DNA from: Phoronis australis
Taxonomy: Eukaryota > Animalia > Phoronida
Assembly (NCBI GenBank): GCA_002633005.1
Contig: NMRA01000100.1
Location: forward strand, 618,603-659,023
Length of the DNA: 40,421 bases
Reading direction: 5' to 3'
A program made the position numbers and the translations under genes. Shown piece by piece: positions 1-11,995 of the stretch; within the stretch, counting starts at the first letter, position 1; each line of letters opens with the position of its first letter. The notes below the pieces were generated by a model. The model worked only from the letters and a program-made list of their open reading frames with translations, was not told where the DNA came from and searched no databases.

Positions 1-404
1 TATATTTTTGTATTAGTGCGCGCCGAATGAAAGTAATCGTGAGTGTTGCTGTGTTGCAAAATCTCTTATCCTGGGCCGATTTGAAAAATTCAAAGTTGTA
101 CTCATATTTGTTTTCGCTCCTCTTTTCAAATATTACAGTAAAAACTACGTAAAACTCTCACCATAAAAAGTACAGTCTGCTAGCTAGATTGTAATCAGCT
201 GATCATATCCGCATGAGCGAAGCCAATTATCCTCGCTCGTGACTCGATGACTAGAGCAGCCTGGCGGCATCCCTTTGATCGTGAGCCGAGTGCGACTCAG
301 CCAAGGTGGATAAATACGGTCTAGTTCAATTTTCCATACCCCGCCGTTTACCTTAACCACTGGGGTTAGAACCAATTTTATTTAGTGGGAATGTTCATAG
401 CATG
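1..404 (+). mobile_element. Right part of CATG-bounded non-autonomous DNA element (family A), truncated by the window start
   Basis: Near-identical to 16617-17021, 27583-27968 and the reverse complement of 31697-31982. All end in ...TTATTTAGTGGGA(A/C)TGTTCATAGCATG. Confidence 0.85.
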
Positions 405-2265
405 CGCATAAACAAATCAAATGCAAATGAATGGAATACTTCATTTTGATTTTGGTAGTGGGACATTTCTATAGGTCAACAGGGAAATGACAATTTGTAA
501 TTGTAACTGAGTAATCATTTCAGCTTGTAAAGAAGCAGCACAACTGCACGGTATGGGACTTTAAAACTGAAGAAATATTGTGGTTTGAATAATTAGTGAC
601 AAACTTGCCTGTTGATGAACAGTTTATTTGAGCATCAAAGTGTAACATTAACATGCTTTTTACCGACAACAGGAAAATCGATGCAGTCACTGAATGTCAT
701 TTCCGCATGTGTACCAAATTGAAATTTTTTATCATTACTATAAAGCATTTCTTCTGAATGAAAAGTTAATGTCACTCAGTGAGAAAGGACAGTTATTTAT
801 ACCAGATGCTTTTGGTTTTCATTTCACTGGGATCTAGTTTCAATGGCCTGTAGAAGTGCTTGTAAAAAAGGTCCAGTTTCGGCATATGGCTCTCCATCAT
901 GTAACCTCATTCAGCCTCAACAACATCTACACATTAGATCCTTGAAGGTAAACACAACATCATATCACTTGACTAGCTTTGTGCCCAAAATTTGACTGAA
1001 TGTTTTAAAAACAATTCCTATGTAAATTTTCTTGAACAGTCACACGTGACAATTTGAAGTAGATCTCATCAGCCATTTCATACATTTGATGTTCCAAACT
1101 TAATCAAATTTGAATATTTTCTGGGGTCCCCTTCTTAATCAATTCTATTACAAATGTCTTAAATCACAAAATAAGTTAAACTTCTAAGAATTAATGTATA
1201 TTGGATGGACATGTTATGTACATTTTGTTATTGCAGGAAAAACTATAAACAGAACCTGTCTTGTCAAAACAACATTGTATGTATAAGGAGTAATGGCAAT
1301 GAGTAATGTTTTGTTTGTCATACTGTGGGCTGTTCAGTGTGGCATACTGTGGTGAAGGTCACAGATATAACTAGTAGCATTAAAGACAGTAGTTCTTAAG
1401 CTTTTCGTGATGTTGTAAAAATTGCTTGGAATTTAAGGACGTTTAGAAGAACAATTACACTGTTGTCAATCGATTGCATGCTGAGCGAGGATATCGAGAA
1501 AGCAAATCTCTGCTGCTCAGCCCAAAAATCAGCTGATTTTAATGGCAAATTGTTTTCACAGCAGGTTGGTTAAATTGAAATCTGGATCATTCCCTCTTTT
1601 CATGTGATCGTGGAAATCTAAATGTTGAAAAATATGCCAATGTAGTCTACAAAGTCTGATGCCTGATAGGAGAATGTCAACCAAATACAAGGTATTCTGT
1701 ATCAATTTTGAGTAGGTCCACTCCATAACAGCAAGTTTACCAGACGGCAGACGGAGGTCACAGATTCTAACACAGTCTGCTTAGCAGTTCACAACAGCTT
1801 ACTCCAGGTGTCAGCTTATCACTTGAATTGGTCGTTACACCTATAAATCATCAAAATTCGATGTAAAAACCTTACATATACATTGAGTTTTTAAACAAAT
1901 GAGTCGTTTTATTTCGCTGTTATGTATTTATAGAAATTTTGAACGTACCATAGCCTGCAAAATTTAGGCCAACTTATGGAGGTCGGTCGCGGGAAGTTTG
2001 GAGTCTATTCGGTGATAAATTAGAATTATTATTCCATGCAATACAGCATAGCTGTTTGTTGTAATTTTAGACTTGCAAATGTTTTCAGTGCAAAACAAAA
2101 TGCTCTATATAACCCAGTGGCTCGGAACCCTATCAGGCCTGTCGTGGCTGGACATGAGACATTACGAACATAAACCAGCCAGGTTTACAGCTGTGAAAGT
2201 TGAAAATTAAACTACTAGTCACGAAAAGACTATAGACTAGTGAAACAACGAAATAATTTGCATAT

Positions 2266-2326
2266 GAATATTTTGGTTAGTTTGCCACGAAATGGCAAAT
2301 CTAACTCATCAGGGGCTGCGAAGCCC
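2266..2326 (-). ncRNA. Degenerate hammerhead-like fold
   Basis: Minus strand reads GGGCT-TCGC-AGCCC hairpin, CTGATGA, GTTAG(A)TTTGCCA-TTTCG-TGGCAAACTAAC hairpin, then CAAAATATTC. The GAAA box reads CAAA. Confidence 0.3.
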
Positions 2327-3128
2327 ATGTGGAGAATTTAGTCTCAGACAACTTTTATGATGCCTATTCAGCACACCCTTTGTATTGATGTAGATCTCAG
2401 CTAATGAAGTGAAAAAAATGTCTAGCACTACTGTCTCAACAATGGTGATTGTTATTGCACCCAAATTTGTTTTCTCTGGTATTTACACAGTATTAGAACC
2501 TGCAAGTGTGGAGAGCAATTTTAACGTGGTACATTTTAAATATTATGAAATAACTCAAAGTAAATTTGTGTTTGTCTTGACAAAGGGCCGCCTCCCAAAG
2601 GAACAATGATTTTAAATGTTTCATACCGGTTTTCAATTTTTCATTTTTAATATTCCAGTCTATTTGTTTTTTTCTTTCCAAGAACAGGTTGGTATCTTTT
2701 ATGTTATTTTTAAAATTGAAGCACCGAAACTGGTAGATTTGGATCGCCAGCGAAATTTATTAGTTTAATTGTTAATTGTGAAACCTGATCCCTGAACTTT
2801 CCAGATTACAGATACACGTAACATTTCGCAGCAAACAAAACAACAGGTGTCATTAGTTCAAGTTTAATCTTCATTAGAACTCAAATCATGGAATATAAAG
2901 TGCAAATATGGTAATAGCCAAACTGAAGATTTGGACTTTCGGGACAATTTTGGTTGTAAATCCATGGAATATATCAATACGCATGGTCGTTTATCTTTAG
3001 TGGTATCCAATGTTTGTCATTATTAGCTTATTAGTTCATCGACTGTTTAAAGTCAAAAACCATGCTTGGTTATTTTTTCCAGCTGAATACTGTGGTAGTG
3101 TTAATTTTTTATGAAACTTTTTGGTTAA

Positions 3129-3382
3129 TGCATTTAAAATTGCCAGTATGTACATGTGCAGATGTTTACTACAGTTTATGATCGGGTAATTGCACTTAAT
3201 TGTGTCTTGCTTGCACTGGCAATGCAGTCATCACAAGTATATCCGACTCCTGTGCTGCGCTCTCTTTGATCCTGGTAGAGCAACCCCAAATGATGAGCGG
3301 TGAAAATTTCTGCATATCTAGAAATGCATGACTTCCTTAGCGTATTATTCATGGTATGAAGTTCCTCTTCCACAGAACCGTA
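3129..3382 (+). repeat. Diverged local direct repeat, copy 1
   Basis: Colinear with 3930-4194. Shared blocks include TTTACTACAGTTTATG, GGGTAATTGCACTT, GCTGCGCTCTCTTTGATCCTGGTA and GAAATGCATGACTTCCTT. Confidence 0.85.
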
Positions 3383-3929
3383 CAGGGAATATGTATACAA
3401 TAACAATGATTTTGATAATGTATATATATCTAAATAAAGATTCCTCTAACATCTGACCTGGCATATAAAATCAAGTAATAGTTTCACCTCAGCTTTTTGT
3501 CAGCAAGCACTGAATTAGCATGTACTCACATGACTCCTTGATTAGGTTTGTTAGATCTGAAACTTGTAACATAGTATGATTTATTCATTGTTGATTTCTT
3601 AAAACATTTACATTCACCAACACTCCTAAAGCATTACAAATAGTATCTACTGTCAGACAGACTTTGACACTTTGTTTCAATTTTATATAAACATTGGTTA
3701 GGGTGAACATAATTCATTTTAAAACAGAAGACAACAGATAGATACTTGGTATTAATGGAGTAGTTTTTGTTCTTTGCTGGTGGGAACCATTTCCCAAGCA
3801 TTTCGGTTCTCGAAGAAATCGAAAAAAAATGATATACCCGCTTTCCTCGCAGCTTCATGGTTTAATCAAGCGGAAATGATACGCCACACCATAGGGGCAC
3901 ACAATCAGCTGAAGAACCACTGACTTCAC

Positions 3930-4194
3930 TGCATTTTGAAAATTCCCCAGTATGTAGAGGCAGAGACATTTACTACAGTTTATGGTAGGGTAATTGCACT
4001 TGATTGTGTCTTGCTTGTGCCAGACAATGCGTTCATCACAATTTTATCCAACACTGACGCTGCGCTCTCTTTGATCCTGGTAAAAGTCACTCATGAGGAC
4101 AAGCCTTGAAAATTCCCACATATCTTTGGAAATGCATGACTTCCTTGCAAGTGTATTATTCGTGGTATGCATAGTTATCATTGTCAGAACAGTA
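3930..4194 (+). repeat. Diverged local direct repeat, copy 2
   Basis: Colinear with 3129-3382, offset about 800 bp. Confidence 0.85.
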
Positions 4195-4473
4195 GTAGTG
4201 TTTAATTTTGTCTGACTGAGCTACCAGATGTCGGTTAAAGGTCTCTCATTGAACACTAGATAGTTTTTAAAAATTAAAATCACAAAATGGAATTATAAAT
4301 TCCTGGTATCTGAAACAGAAACGCACAGTATTTTTATCATGTCTGTGCATCCCTCTAAATGGAATACTCTGCATTTCTTTATCTGAGTTGTGTTAAAAAT
4401 AATACTTCCTAATAAAGTAAATGCAACTGGGTAGTATGGTCAGGGAAGGTGCTTAAGGTTGCGTAGGACCTAA

Positions 4474-4613
4474 TGTCGACAAGTCGGTAATTAAAGTCAG
4501 GGGTCTTGCTTTTTGAGAACCAGTTTCCTCCTCTGAATAACGAGCATCAAACTTTGAGAACCAGGTTCTCAAAGTCTGGGACCCCAGTATGTGACTATTG
4601 CCGACAAGTCGGT
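4474..4613. repeat. Small palindromic / MITE-like element
   Basis: CGACAAGTCGGT occurs at both ends. GGGGTC...GACCCC is inverted. A perfect 12-bp-arm palindrome ACTTTGAGAACC-A-GGTTCTCAAAGT lies at 4551-4575. Confidence 0.55.
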
Positions 4614-4623
4614 TTAGTTAGCC

Positions 4624-4673
<50 letters not shown>
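4624..4673. repeat. (AAT)n microsatellite, ~16.7 units
   Basis: Perfect trinucleotide run. Confidence 0.98.
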
Positions 4674-4674
<1 letters not shown>

Positions 4675-4790
4675 CTTTATTTATGGAGGATAAAATACAA
4701 TAGATATAAAACGTGCTTTAGCCAAAGGCTAATATCCAGCATGGTCATTATCTACAAAACTATGGTAAATGTAATAATATTTATTAAAGC
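4624..4790 (-). mobile_element. 3' tail of a non-LTR retrotransposon or SINE (CR1/L2-group-like)
   Basis: Minus strand has a TTAGCC-TTT-GGCTAA stem-loop (4718-4732), then AATAAA (4676-4681), then a (TTA)n tail. This is the usual stem-loop plus simple-repeat 3' end of this group. Confidence 0.5.
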
Positions 4791-5316
4791 AGTATAGTTG
4801 GGTAGCAGCCCTTCATTGACACACAATTGGTTGAAGGTTTGACTGTACTTTTTGTTAGCCGACTTAATATATAGTCGCTTGTAGTCTCCATACAATTTCC
4901 TATCTTCATGCATGCAGTTAGGAAGAAAAACACCAAGAGTCAAACAAGTTAAAATGGTTGCTGTATTTCGAGACCACGTCTCATCATCAGGCAATGGTGA
5001 AGTGAGTGTGGAAGTGAAATAGACTGTAATAAACAGTGACAACAGGTGGAAGGGCATGCAAGCAGGGAGTGTGAATGTATAACATGGTGGGGAGACCAAA
5101 AGCCTAACAGAACAGGGCCAGCGTGAGGTACACACACCTGTGAGGTGTTCACTCAGCACAGGTTTTCTATGGCTAATCAATAGAGACTCCAAAATCTTCA
5201 TTTTCTACACAGCGAATGGTGGTATTGTCTACTATTTCTTTCCTAGTCATTTTTCGGCCATGTTGGCATAAAATGATCTTGAATGGACCCGCCCTGCATA
5301 TGCAGAAAGCCAATCT
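4791..5316 (-). mobile_element. Penelope-like retroelement remnant (Neptune-type), frameshifted
   Basis: Minus-strand peptides HMQGGSIQDHF / QHGRKMTRKEIVDNTTI / KILESLLISHRKPVLSEH resemble the C-terminus of the PLE GIY-YIG endonuclease. They are followed by a hammerhead and by MHEDRKLYGDYKRLYIKSANKKYSQTFNQLCVNEGLLPNYT (4913-4791), which matches the FNxxCxxExLLPxYT ORF N-terminal motif. This is the pLTR/partial-tandem order. Confidence 0.8.
4958..4994 (-). ncRNA. Minimal type I hammerhead ribozyme in the Penelope pLTR (probably inactivated)
   Basis: Minus strand TTGC-CTGATGA-T-GAGAC-GTG-GTCTC-GAAA-TACA-GCAA: stem I TTGC/GCAA, core boxes, 5-bp stem II. The stem III region reads ATAC rather than the palindromic ATAT. 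Confidence 0.7.
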
Positions 5317-7976
5317 GCCATTAATTGGGTCGCCTGACCATGCCTTTCTAGTATAATTAAACAAAAATTAAGATACATTAGTAGTTAAACATTGATATCA
5401 ATAACATGGCCATATTTCATTTGATATCAATCTTCAAGAGCACTATTTCAAAAACAGTTAACAATTCATTTGGTTTTATACAACTTTTGAGCTTTTAATT
5501 CTATTTTTGATAGACCTTCATGCCAAAGTGGAAGGTTTAAAAACAATAAGAACTGTATTCTGGAGAATATTGCATACCGGTATAATATGTGAGTTTCATA
5601 CGATCCGAATATACGATCCAAATATAGACGAGTTTCTAAAGTTTTCATTCACCTTAATAGTTAATCATATGCTGGTAAAATTGTGAGACCCATTTCTACC
5701 TTACTGTGCTGATTTGATTTGGACATCATTAGTATAAATGTTTTTCTTTGTCAGCTTGTCTCGATAAGTTTTTGCAGATGGCATGACATCACACAGTGCA
5801 GGTACACAGGTGGTTATTTTAATGATTGTGTGCTGGTAATTAGACTATTTTACACTGTGGTCCTGTTGTGATCTTCTTTATAACATAGTTCTTGTACTTA
5901 ATAAACTGTAATTTTCTCAATTTGGTGTCGCCTCATGCTGTGCTCTAACACACTCATTGAAATACAATATTTGGCAGTTTTCGTACACTGTTATTGTGTG
6001 CAAAAATAAAGTTAAGCTTGTGCAACTAATTTCTGCATAAACCTTATTTTGGAATAAATTGAACTATTTAAGCAATCCCCCAGCTTTGAGGCTCTGTGGA
6101 TTATCACAGATGTCTTGGCAATATCTGTATAGCAATTCACATTCTTTTCATTCACAATGCATCTAATCTTAAAGTTTGTGTGCTTAAAGAGAAATCCATC
6201 AATTTCTTGTGCTTTCGCTTATTTATATTTCTCACTTGTGGCACTGAAATCACAAGGTATGTGTCAACTCTATATTTGTTCCCAGTGGTGTTGCCTGTTC
6301 ACACACTAACATCCAAAAAAGGCTTTCGCTGATCATGACCTATTTGTGCTTGCATACATATACATGTACATATACAATTTTGGCAATCATACGCGTGTTT
6401 GACACTACGTGTAGCCAATTGTGTGTGCAATGCCGTCTTTTTTGGATGACATGCAAGGCAAACTTAAGATCTGAGGTGTGAAAATATAACTTCTGGAAAA
6501 CGTTTAATCGTTGATACGATTGGTAGAAAATTGTTGCTTGGCAATGGGAATCTACTCAAATATCAGCTAATCCAACAGTGGTCGAGACATCCACTGTTTT
6601 TTTCCATTGTCATATAGTGTTTGATTTTACTTTATTTCTGTTTCTGTTGACAAAGGACGTTATTACATCCGAAAATTTCAGTTGATCCATTCTTGTTGTT
6701 TTATTTACCTATTTATATTCTACATTTCGAGAAACAACAGTATCCTTGGGAGGATCTGGATTGCCTTATTTAGTTTCAGACTTATTTTCTACTGTTTTTA
6801 CGAAATTATAAAATTTATGGTTTATATAGGCGTGCAGTGGAGTCAATTGTAAATGGGCACTTGAACTGCTCAGGACTTTTGCACTGCCGCATATGGGTAT
6901 TCCTTGTTTGTGTGTCCTAAGGCCCCATTTGCGGACCTGGGAATGCAAGGTTGCATTTGGCGAGTTGACATTATGCTTAGCGTAATGTGCACAATAAGGT
7001 CACACAGAAATTTGAGAACATTATAGTGAACAAGCTTACAATCAAATGCTTCTCCATTGGACACTAGGGCATAAAAGTTTATTTTTATTATGCAAATAAT
7101 CCTAAGTACTTGATTTTTAATGTACAAAACTACAATTTTCAGACCTCTACCTTAAAATCTTTAGAAGAAGTGATAGACTTGCTGTGTGAGTGATTTGACT
7201 TCTAAAACTTGCGTGGCATTTCCTCATTGCAAGATTCCCTACTACAGTATAATTTGATGTTAGAAAATGTTCCACAAATCATTATGATAACAGCAAGGTA
7301 ACAATGAGTCAGCTGCAAAATTCTTGGTAAATGTATATGGCGTTGGGTTGGTAGCTATGTCACAAGACTTCCTAGAGTAGTGTGGCTAATACTCTGAGTT
7401 ATCTGTAAAAACAAGAGTGAATTTACATGTCATTACATTCAGGTACTCTTTCCTGTAAGCAATTCAATATTATGATGTATGCAACCCTTCATGGGTTGAG
7501 TACCTGATTGGTGAAACTGACCTGTACCTCGTGCAGTAAGCCTTGCTGCAAAGCTGTATTCTAATTATGCAGCTTTGCGCATGGATCTGGGCACAAACTG
7601 GCTAAATAAGTTAGTTTCATTGAAAATTACGCTCTTCTTTGAGTAAACTAAATTATTTTCTGGTATTGGAAAAATTGGTGTTCTACCATTATTCTGCTGC
7701 TAAAGTTGTGGAGCGATCTTAAATGAATATAACGTCACCTATTGGCTAGTTTCTTTTTTCACTGACTCTTCAATCAACTGTACTTCTCCCACAAGTTTGC
7801 GTATATGTCGACAAATTATCAGAAATGATTTCATTTTCAATTGCTTTTAGTATGTTGATACCAGCAAAACAATTTTCAGAATAAAAGTTTGCTGCTGCGA
7901 AGCTGTTACTCCTGAGAGATGTCGTAAAAAATTAGGAAATTTCGCATTTACGTGGCACAAGCATGGTTTTCAAAAC

Positions 7977-8185
7977 AACGATAGACTTTTCATTGCTACA
8001 AAAGGAGGAGAATTATGCAAGAAAATGACGTTTATTATTGTTTTTCACTGAAACCTCTGTAATGGGCAAGGTGTCGGTTGACTCCCACATTTTGCACCCT
8101 AGCCGGTTGTTAGCTCTACATGTTGACAAAACCTTCACGACTATTTAACTACCTGGGGTGTGAAGTTTCAAGGTCTATTGGACCT
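7977..8185 (+). repeat. Dispersed repeat fragment related to 16061-16300
   Basis: Shared ACGATAGACTTTT...TACAAAAGG.GGAG.ATTATGCAAGAAAATG.CGTTTA...TTGTTTTTCACT.AAAC and GTGTGAA.TTTC blocks. Confidence 0.7.
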
Positions 8186-8520
8186 TAACACACAGTAGCT
8201 CCTAGATGTTTTTGACCATTTTATGTCTTCATACAGCTAGCTTGTTGGCTACTTGTGCTGCTGTACAAAAAGCATGTTATGAATATACCTGATAAAAACA
8301 CCAAAAAGTTGCACCCGTGGCGTTCTACAAAGTTGTGCTGAAACACTCAGTTTCTCTTGGCTAAGGCTTGCTTTAAGCTACTTGTACCACTAATGCCATA
8401 AGGCTGTTAAAGCAATCATATCAATAATAACACAAAATATGAAGGTTAATTCGTGGGTTTTAGTAATGAATTGTCAGCTTTAGGATGACCTTGACCTGGA
8501 ATAAAATGGGGATCTCTGCA

Positions 8521-8770
8521 CCAGATGGTGAGTTGTGTCACCTGATGTCAGCTGTCAATCAAAGTTATTAAAACAAGCGTACCTGATCTGTACACTTTAC
8601 ACACTGAAAGGTATTGACTGTACTAATCCTGTCAATCAGGCCTGCTGGCACTGCTTTGTTTAATATCAATCACTGTTCAACATATACCCATGAAGTCCAC
8701 ATGGGAGGTAAAATCATTGCAGTCTACTGGAGCAGTGCTGGTATGACACATTTTGGAATTGATTGACACA
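8521..8770. promoter_or_regulatory. Candidate enhancer: clustered PBX-MEIS/PREP-type decamers
   Basis: CTGTCAATCA (reverse complement of TGATTGACAG) at 8552-8561 and 8629-8638, and TGATTGACAC at 8760-8769. ATCAAAG (TCF-type) at 8558-8564. E-boxes CAGATG, CACCTG and CAGCTG nearby. Confidence 0.35.
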
Positions 8771-8781
8771 GTGAAGCTTAA

Positions 8782-11734
8782 AGGCCAAGTATGGTGCCAA
8801 AATGACTATTTTTACATCTAAAATACATTTATTGATAAAAAACATCAAAATTCTGTCATAGCAAAACCCAGTCGTTAATTAAGTAGGCCTTCGACAATAC
8901 AGTAGCCCTATCACGAACCCCCTTTAGCGCCAAAAAAAACTTGAGACTGCGCTTGCACTAATCGAAGTCTATGACATCATCATTACAACGAATTTGGCTT
9001 TCACTGTGTCTCCAGAGTATTGGAATCGGAGATGACTCGTTTTTTAATTTAGTGCAAAATACATGGAAAATCAAGGAAACACATTAATGACTCAGTTAAT
9101 ATTAAAATTAATCAAAATCACTACCTTTAGAATTTTCATTCAATTATTTAGCACGCATTCTAATACGGGCCCGTATGGGAATCCCCGGGAGTGTGACTGG
9201 TGCAGTCGAAACAGCCGGAAAAACAAAACACTTCGTCTGAATTGTCATCAGCAATTTCCCAATGTTTATTGTAAAGTGTAATTTGTTTGATTCAAAAACT
9301 TTGATGTTAGTAACTTTCCATTCATGTCTTTTTGAAGCCGAAGGTATGAACGCTGTGCGATTCCAATACGGACGGCTGTCCTGCGAGTGTCCTGTATGGG
9401 TATAGACAACAACAGGCCATTTAATTTGATGCAAAATACTTAGAAACATTAGGCTTACAGCACATATCAGCATGATCTTTTTGTACAATGCAACTATATT
9501 CAAATTCATTGAAAATTTTATATTAGAAACTCAATTTTCAAAATAAGTCGCCTTGAAATGCTGCAACCCGTAATCAGTCGAGCTAAAAAAAATTGAAAAT
9601 TTAATAGCAACACAACTTTGTGCGTGTCTATAATAAATTAAAACTGCGAAATAAAGTCTGTATTGCATGAAAACATACCCAATCATAAGAATTTGTAATC
9701 AATTGAACATTTTAAATTCAGTATCAGAATTCCGTTAGGCCTACGGGAACGACCCAAATCAGACAGAATATTCCGGATTTGGGCCGGATTCCCTATATAC
9801 TCTTGGCCGGAACAGTGACACGAAACGTCGGAAGTGCACACTGCAGATTTTTTGTAGCCAAAAAGCTAGCTGTTTGAAGGCTATCGCCAAAATACAGCTA
9901 GGTAACACTGTGACTTGAGCTCTGTTAAACCATAGACTGTAGTCTATCATGAAATTTCATAGGCCTACCTACAGACCAGGTATGAGTTTGTTAGTCAACT
10001 CGTCGTCAAACTTATTTCGCAGAGCCAACGACCGACGATCGGGGTGCATGCAAAATCTGGGAGATAATTCGGACACTCACCTTGCCTGTTAAGTGCCAGT
10101 CGTTTAAGGGAAGAACAATCTAATAAACGTCATTTTTTTAGCATTACTCTCGGCCTTTTGAGTTTTCTAACAAAGAAAGTCTGCTGTCTTTTTGAAACAG
10201 TACGCTCGTGAAACACGCACGCGCCGTACTAAAATTTTACGACTACTTTTGGGGCATAATAACAGCTTCGCAGCAGTAAAGTTTGTTCTAAATTCAGTTT
10301 GTTGGTCTTAAAAATGCTAATAACTTGTAACGAAATGAGACCAGTTTCGACAATTCATTGTGACAGTACGCAACCTCGTGTCAGCAAAGAACAGTTGATA
10401 AAAGAATAAACCGGGGAAAAAGAAACTGTTCGGGTCAGGTGACGTAATCGCCAAACGCCGACTCCCAAGAGNTTTTTGCAGCCAAAAAGCTAGCTGTTTG
10501 AAGGCTATCGCCAAAATACAGCTAGGTAACACTGTGACTTGAGCTCTGTTAAACCATAGACTATAGTCTATCATGAAATTTCATAGGCCTACCTACAGAC
10601 CAGGTATGAGTTTGTTAGTCAACTCGTCGTCAAACTTATTTCGCTGAGCCAACGACCGACGATCGGGGTGCATGCAAAATCTGGGAGATAATTCGGACAC
10701 TCACCTTGCCTGTTCAGTGCCAGTCGTTTAAGGGAAGAACAATCTAATAAACGTCATTTTTAGCATTACTCTCGGCCTTTTGAGTTTTCTAACAAAGAAA
10801 GTCTGCTGTCTTTTTGAAACAGTACGCTCGTGAAACACGCACGCGCCGTACTAAAATTTTACGACTACTTTTGGGGCATAATAACAGCTTCGCAGCAGTA
10901 AAGTTTGTTCTAAATTCAGTTTGTTGGTCTTAAAAATGCTAATAACTTGTAACGAAATGAGACCAGTTTCGACAATTCATTGTGACAGTACGCAACCTCG
11001 TGTCAGCAAAGAACAGTTGATAAAAGAATAAACCGGGGAAAAAGAAACTGTTCGCGTCAGGTGACGTAATCGCCAAACGCCGACTCCCAAGAGCGCACTT
11101 CATTTTTAGCAGTAGATGAGCAGTAGGCCTAGAACGCTAATTCTTCCAACACCCGTAAATAGTTTGGTTTACTCAAAGAGCGGTGCAGCTTTTAATGACA
11201 CTATTTCTGTGTCAGATTTTATTTAGTCCTTTTTACCCACATTGACGCGAAGCTGTAGATTTTGTATACAGCTTTGCACCAAGCCTAAACGATATCTTGC
11301 CGATCAGAAAATTTTGTCGCCAGGCCTTGTCGTGGATACGGATCTATTCCATGCACGGCACACAACATGATTGGTGGGGAAGTTGTGCAAATGTATCCCA
11401 TTGTCGCTGACATTGCTACACCACGCACACCACGCAAAGAGGTATTTTAGCCCAGAGATCGACAAGTGCAGAACTTCCAAGAAATGGCTCTCAGCTGTTA
11501 CGCAGTGTGGCTCCTCAGTAAATTCGTGGCCACAATGATGTCATATGAACCACCTTACGCTGATTGGTTGAGATTTTTTCTGGGGCGCTCGAATGGGCTA
11601 CGAATTATGAGCGGTGTAATTTGCGCCTCAATTAATTACTTTCCGTGGTATGTAAGAAGCAAAAACAATATTTTTTATGAACAAAACATGCACTTCTGGT
11701 GTCAAAAAGGTGTTTTAGCCGCTGGACGCTGTCT
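8782..11734. mobile_element. TTAA-flanked non-autonomous DNA transposon, Kolobok-like
   Basis: TTAA at 8778-8781 and 11735-11738, with AG...CT termini. About 220 bp of weak colinear inverted similarity (ATAAAAAA, TTAATT, AGCGCC, TATGACATCAT, ACGAATTT landmarks). No long ORF. Confidence 0.6.
9849..11093 (+). repeat. ~620-bp tandem duplication across a single N, probably an assembly/haplotype artefact
   Basis: 9849-10471 and 10473-11093 differ by about 5 substitutions and one 2-nt indel. The junction is exactly the N at 10472. Confidence 0.85.
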
Positions 11735-11995
11735 TTAAAGAAGACACTTTGAATTAAGGGGTAAATCACTTCAGACAGCTTTGAGTTAACGGGTGAATTA
11801 CTTCAAATTCATTTTTTACAAGTTGTAAGAAATAAAACTAAAAAATAACATTTGGCATAGCTTCATTAGGTGCATAACATCTCATTTATCAACCGGCAAC
11901 TATGACTACTTTTTAACGATACAATCCCAGTGCCTGGACTTTTATGACAAGCGTCTATTATTTGGGGATTTGGGAACAAAGATAGTTGTCAGTAA

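Noticed and set aside
184-375. Repeated small ORF MVLTP.VKVNGGVWKIELDRIYPPWLS (also 16762-16992)
   Set aside because: It recurs only because it lies in family A ends. It has a non-ATG start, variable stops and no recognisable domain.
3289-3360. C/D box snoRNA within the duplicated segment (ATGATGA)
   Set aside because: No suitably placed CTGA D box or terminal stem, and the box is not conserved in the second copy.
9849-11093. Real tandem duplication or LTR/long terminal direct repeat pair
   Set aside because: The copies meet exactly at a single N and differ at allele-like level, so an unmerged contig overlap is more likely. Long reads would settle it.
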